Assembly: GCA_964608745.1 (NCBI GenBank)
Contig: CAZSPC010000004.1
Location: forward strand, 1 to 50,485
DNA: 50,485 nucleotides
Source of the DNA: an uncultured Candidatus Saccharibacteria bacterium
Lineage (GTDB): Bacteria; Patescibacteriota; Minisyncoccia; Phycocordibacterales; UBA12079
Direction: 5' to 3'
Shown piece by piece: positions 47,848 through 50,485 of this stretch; within the stretch, counting starts at the first letter, position 1; each line of letters opens with the position of its first letter. Below the pieces are notes generated by a model, which made no database searches, was not told the DNA's origin, and saw only the letters and a program-made list of their open reading frames with translations. Position numbers and translations under genes: made by a program.

Positions 47848-48165
47848 ATGGCACTAAACGAAAAAAGTCTTCATCAGATCTTTGCTTTCCCCGACAACAT
47901 CTCTATCTTCATTCACGAAAAAGAAGGTAAATTTGGATTTAAAATTTTTGTAAACAAAGATCAAGAAACAGAGGTTTGTGTGAAAATAAAACCTACTTTT
48001 CCCAAAAGAACAATTGTAGTAGCACATATTAAGGATATACTTAATACTGCAATTACGATTAATAAAAAAATTGTAGGAGAAGACGCAATCTTCTTTCTTG
48101 ACAAACAAATGGTAGGTTGGATTGTTAACAAACTTTCAACCCAAGATCAAGTTGAAACTTTTTAG
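47848..48165 (+). CDS. hypothetical protein
   Basis: AAAGGAG RBS; terminator at about 48180-48215. Confidence 0.7.
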   Translation: MALNEKSLHQIFAFPDNISIFIHEKEGKFGFKIFVNKDQETEVCVKIKPTFPKRTIVVAHIKDILNTAITINKKIVGEDAIFFLDKQMVGWIVNKLSTQDQVETF

Positions 48166-48233
48166 TTCTTCACAAAACCAAAAAATACTCGCGGTTGAAT
48201 TGCGAGTATTTTTTTAATTGTTTAAAGATTATA

Positions 48234-49325
48234 TTATTCGTTTACTACAAACTTAACCTTTCCTAAAACTTGCCTACTCTCCGTGACAACATCAACTCTC
48301 CATTTTCCGGGTTCTAAATTCGTTTTAAACGAGTATCCACGGTAACCATCTTCCCTACCACCTTCTATTCTATATTCAACCTCGTCCCGAACAACCCAAT
48401 CTTTTTTATTTTCATCATAATACTGCCACAAATAAACTATATCTGTGTTTAAATCAGTTGGGGCAAAAACTGAAGAATAAATATAAATTGCCCCACTAGA
48501 ACTTTTTTTAAGATGGTTAAAATATTTTTTCAAAGGCTCATACCATTTATATTGTTCTCCTCTCAGCAAATATTCTCCATCGACAGTCTTCTGAACATCG
48601 TAATATACTCCAATTTCTTTCATTGACAGAGGTACAGGAGGAATAATGTTTGTGAAATATAGAAAATTAAAAACTAGATAAATACCAAAAATATAATAAG
48701 TTATTGGCTTTTTCCTAGATTGCTTCACTTCGCTCGCAAAGACGAACAGAAGACGAATAAAAAGATATATTAAAACTAAACTAATCAAACCACTCAAAAT
48801 AAAAATCCAAGCTCCCATTTGTTTCAATAAAACAGGAATAAAGAAAATTAGAAAAGAAAATAGAGCGACAAACAAAATACTAATCTGAAAATCTAACTGC
48901 TCATATCTTTTTCTAAATCTTTCATTAGCAATAAAGATCCCATAAATAATCAAAAGAAAAATCCAGCTAGTTGTCCAGGTTCCTGATTTTGTATAAAAAA
49001 TAACATAAGCACTAAACAAACCACCAAAAGCAAACTGGGTCATTAGTGGTAAATACTCAACCCACCTCATCAGTTTACTTGGGAGTCCGACTCCCAAGTG
49101 ATTTAATTTTCCTGCCTGTTTTAAATTAATAAATAATATTCCCAAACTGGCCAAAAACAGATAGCCTAAAATAATTAGATTATCAAACAATTGATCTATT
49201 CTTGTAAGGGTTAAATTATCTATAACCAAACCACCTGTGAAAAATACAAGGGTTAAATATTGTTCGTGTTTCTGAGACCAATTTAAGATTTTTTGCTTAA
49301 ATTTTTGATAATAATCCACAATCAT
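48234..49325 (-). CDS. DUF2914-domain membrane protein
   Basis: Multi-TM N-terminus; FAPTDL, GGREDGYRGYSFK, GKWRVDV; start moved to ATG 49325. Confidence 0.82.
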   Translation of the reverse strand: MIVDYYQKFKQKILNWSQKHEQYLTLVFFTGGLVIDNLTLTRIDQLFDNLIILGYLFLASLGILFINLKQAGKLNHLGVGLPSKLMRWVEYLPLMTQFAFGGLFSAYVIFYTKSGTWTTSWIFLLIIYGIFIANERFRKRYEQLDFQISILFVALFSFLIFFIPVLLKQMGAWIFILSGLISLVLIYLFIRLLFVFASEVKQSRKKPITYYIFGIYLVFNFLYFTNIIPPVPLSMKEIGVYYDVQKTVDGEYLLRGEQYKWYEPLKKYFNHLKKSSSGAIYIYSSVFAPTDLNTDIVYLWQYYDENKKDWVVRDEVEYRIEGGREDGYRGYSFKTNLEPGKWRVDVVTESRQVLGKVKFVVNE

Positions 49326-49385
49326 ACAATCTAATTCTAACATTTTCACTAGCTTTATAAAATAATCCGATGTATGATTCTGCCA

Positions 49386-50099
49386 ATGGAAAAGATAAAT
49401 TACCCTATAAGAATAAACCGATACCTATTTTTAAAAGGTCATTGTAGTCGAAGAGAAGCTGACAGGCTAATTGAAAAAGGTCAGATCAAAATCAACGGAA
49501 AAAAGGCCGTACTCGGTCAAAAGGTCTCAGAAACAGACGATGTAGAAATAGGTAAAAAATTGAGAAAAATCGCTGGGGAGCGAGTTTATTTGGCATTCAA
49601 CAAACCTATCGGTATAGTAACTCATAACCCAATTAGAGGTCAGAAAGATATAAATGCTATTTTAAAATACAATAAAAAAGTATTCCCACTAGGCCGACTA
49701 GACAAAGCATCTTGTGGCCTCATTCTCTTAACAAACGACGGACGAATTACCAATGCCCTACTAAACCCAAAAAACGCTCACGAAAAAGAATATATCATCA
49801 AAGTAAATCACAGAATCGACAAACATTTTATAAAAAAAATGGAAGCGGGGGTTGATATTGGAAATTATAAAACTAAACCAACAAAAATAAAAAAAACTGC
49901 CCCCCGAACTTTCCATATAATTTTAACTGAGGGTAAAAAACACCAAATCAGAAGAATGTGCTCTGCTTTAAAATACGAAGTGGAAGATTTAAAAAGAATT
50001 CGGGTAATGAATATAAAGTTAGAAAATCTAAAACCAGGTCAATTTAGAGAGATAAAAGAAGAAGAATTAAAAAAACTATTCAACGAGTTAGATATGTAA
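49386..50099 (+). CDS. rRNA pseudouridine synthase (RsuA/RluB/RluF family) with S4 domain
   Basis: CSRREAD, FNKP, GRLDK, HEKEY, EGKKHQIRRM; start moved to 49386. Confidence 0.95.
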   Translation: MEKINYPIRINRYLFLKGHCSRREADRLIEKGQIKINGKKAVLGQKVSETDDVEIGKKLRKIAGERVYLAFNKPIGIVTHNPIRGQKDINAILKYNKKVFPLGRLDKASCGLILLTNDGRITNALLNPKNAHEKEYIIKVNHRIDKHFIKKMEAGVDIGNYKTKPTKIKKTAPRTFHIILTEGKKHQIRRMCSALKYEVEDLKRIRVMNIKLENLKPGQFREIKEEELKKLFNELDM

Positions 50100-50157
50100 T
50101 TAACTATACAGTTAACTATCATTCATATATTCAATTGAATGTATGAATGATAAAATA

Positions 50158-50189
50158 AAAATCCACAGTAATCTAGTTACTGTGGATTT
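50158..50189. terminator. bidirectional terminator
   Basis: AAATCCACAGTAA-TCTAG-TTACTGTGGATTT. Confidence 0.7.
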
Positions 50190-50214
50190 GAGTTTGAAAT
50201 CGGGCAATCAGTCA

Positions 50215-50439
50215 TCATGCCGATTGTTTTTCTTTTTCCGTTTCACGACAAAGTTGCCAAAAAATTGTACTGCCATCGTAAATCCCAGTACAATATTCTT
50301 CTGGTAACAAACAAGCGAAACAATCCTTTTCAAACTCCTCACGGTAACCACAAGGAGTCGAAATATTATCCAAAACAAAAATATCTCTTCTATACAAAGA
50401 ATCGAGACTTTTAATTTGTTTTTTTAGACCTAATATCAA
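50215..50439 (-). CDS. hypothetical protein, possibly truncated by the window end
   Basis: Cys-containing ORF pointing at the terminator; frame may extend past the window. Confidence 0.45.
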   Translation of the reverse strand: MILGLKKQIKSLDSLYRRDIFVLDNISTPCGYREEFEKDCFACLLPEEYCTGIYDGSTIFWQLCRETEKEKQSA

Positions 50440-50485
50440 TTTCTGGGGTTTTTCCTATTCAAAAAATCATCAATCAATTTTTCTC

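Noticed and set aside
1..50485. Alternative genetic code (UGA read as Gly or Trp)
   Set aside because: Conserved genes are intact in code 11 and tRNA-Trp has a CCA anticodon.

Overview
AT-rich bacterial chromosome segment (standard code; tRNA-Trp CCA). Gene content and style point to a Patescibacteria/CPR, probably Parcubacteria, genome (inference: short IF-2, scattered housekeeping genes, DUF4446, DUF2914, MYG1, many orphans). Core genes are ftsZ, a trxB-like reductase, tsaD, an iscS-like desulfurase, infB, rbfA, murJ, hisS, mraY, a DD-carboxypeptidase, scpA, scpB, proS and an RluB/F-type synthase, plus seven tRNAs. They are interleaved with orphan cassettes that carry strong Shine-Dalgarno sites. 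I saw no integrase, transposase, CRISPR array or rRNA. Main candidates for something undescribed: (1) a family of structured elements at tRNA 3' ends with the layout tRNA end, hairpin, antisense copy of the tRNA end, shared core, direct copy of the tRNA end; (2) a ~530 nt ORF-free, multi-hairpin RNA candidate with its own promoter and terminator; (3) many palindromes and short tandem repeats, several inserted in frame in conserved genes; (4) a nucleotidyltransferase-2H phosphoesterase fusion between infB and rbfA; (5) an MMPL + LolA-like + beta-barrel-like operon beside two lipid enzymes; (6) an apparent split between leaderless core genes and SD-led orphan genes. All family calls are from motif recognition by eye; no searches or folding programs were run.
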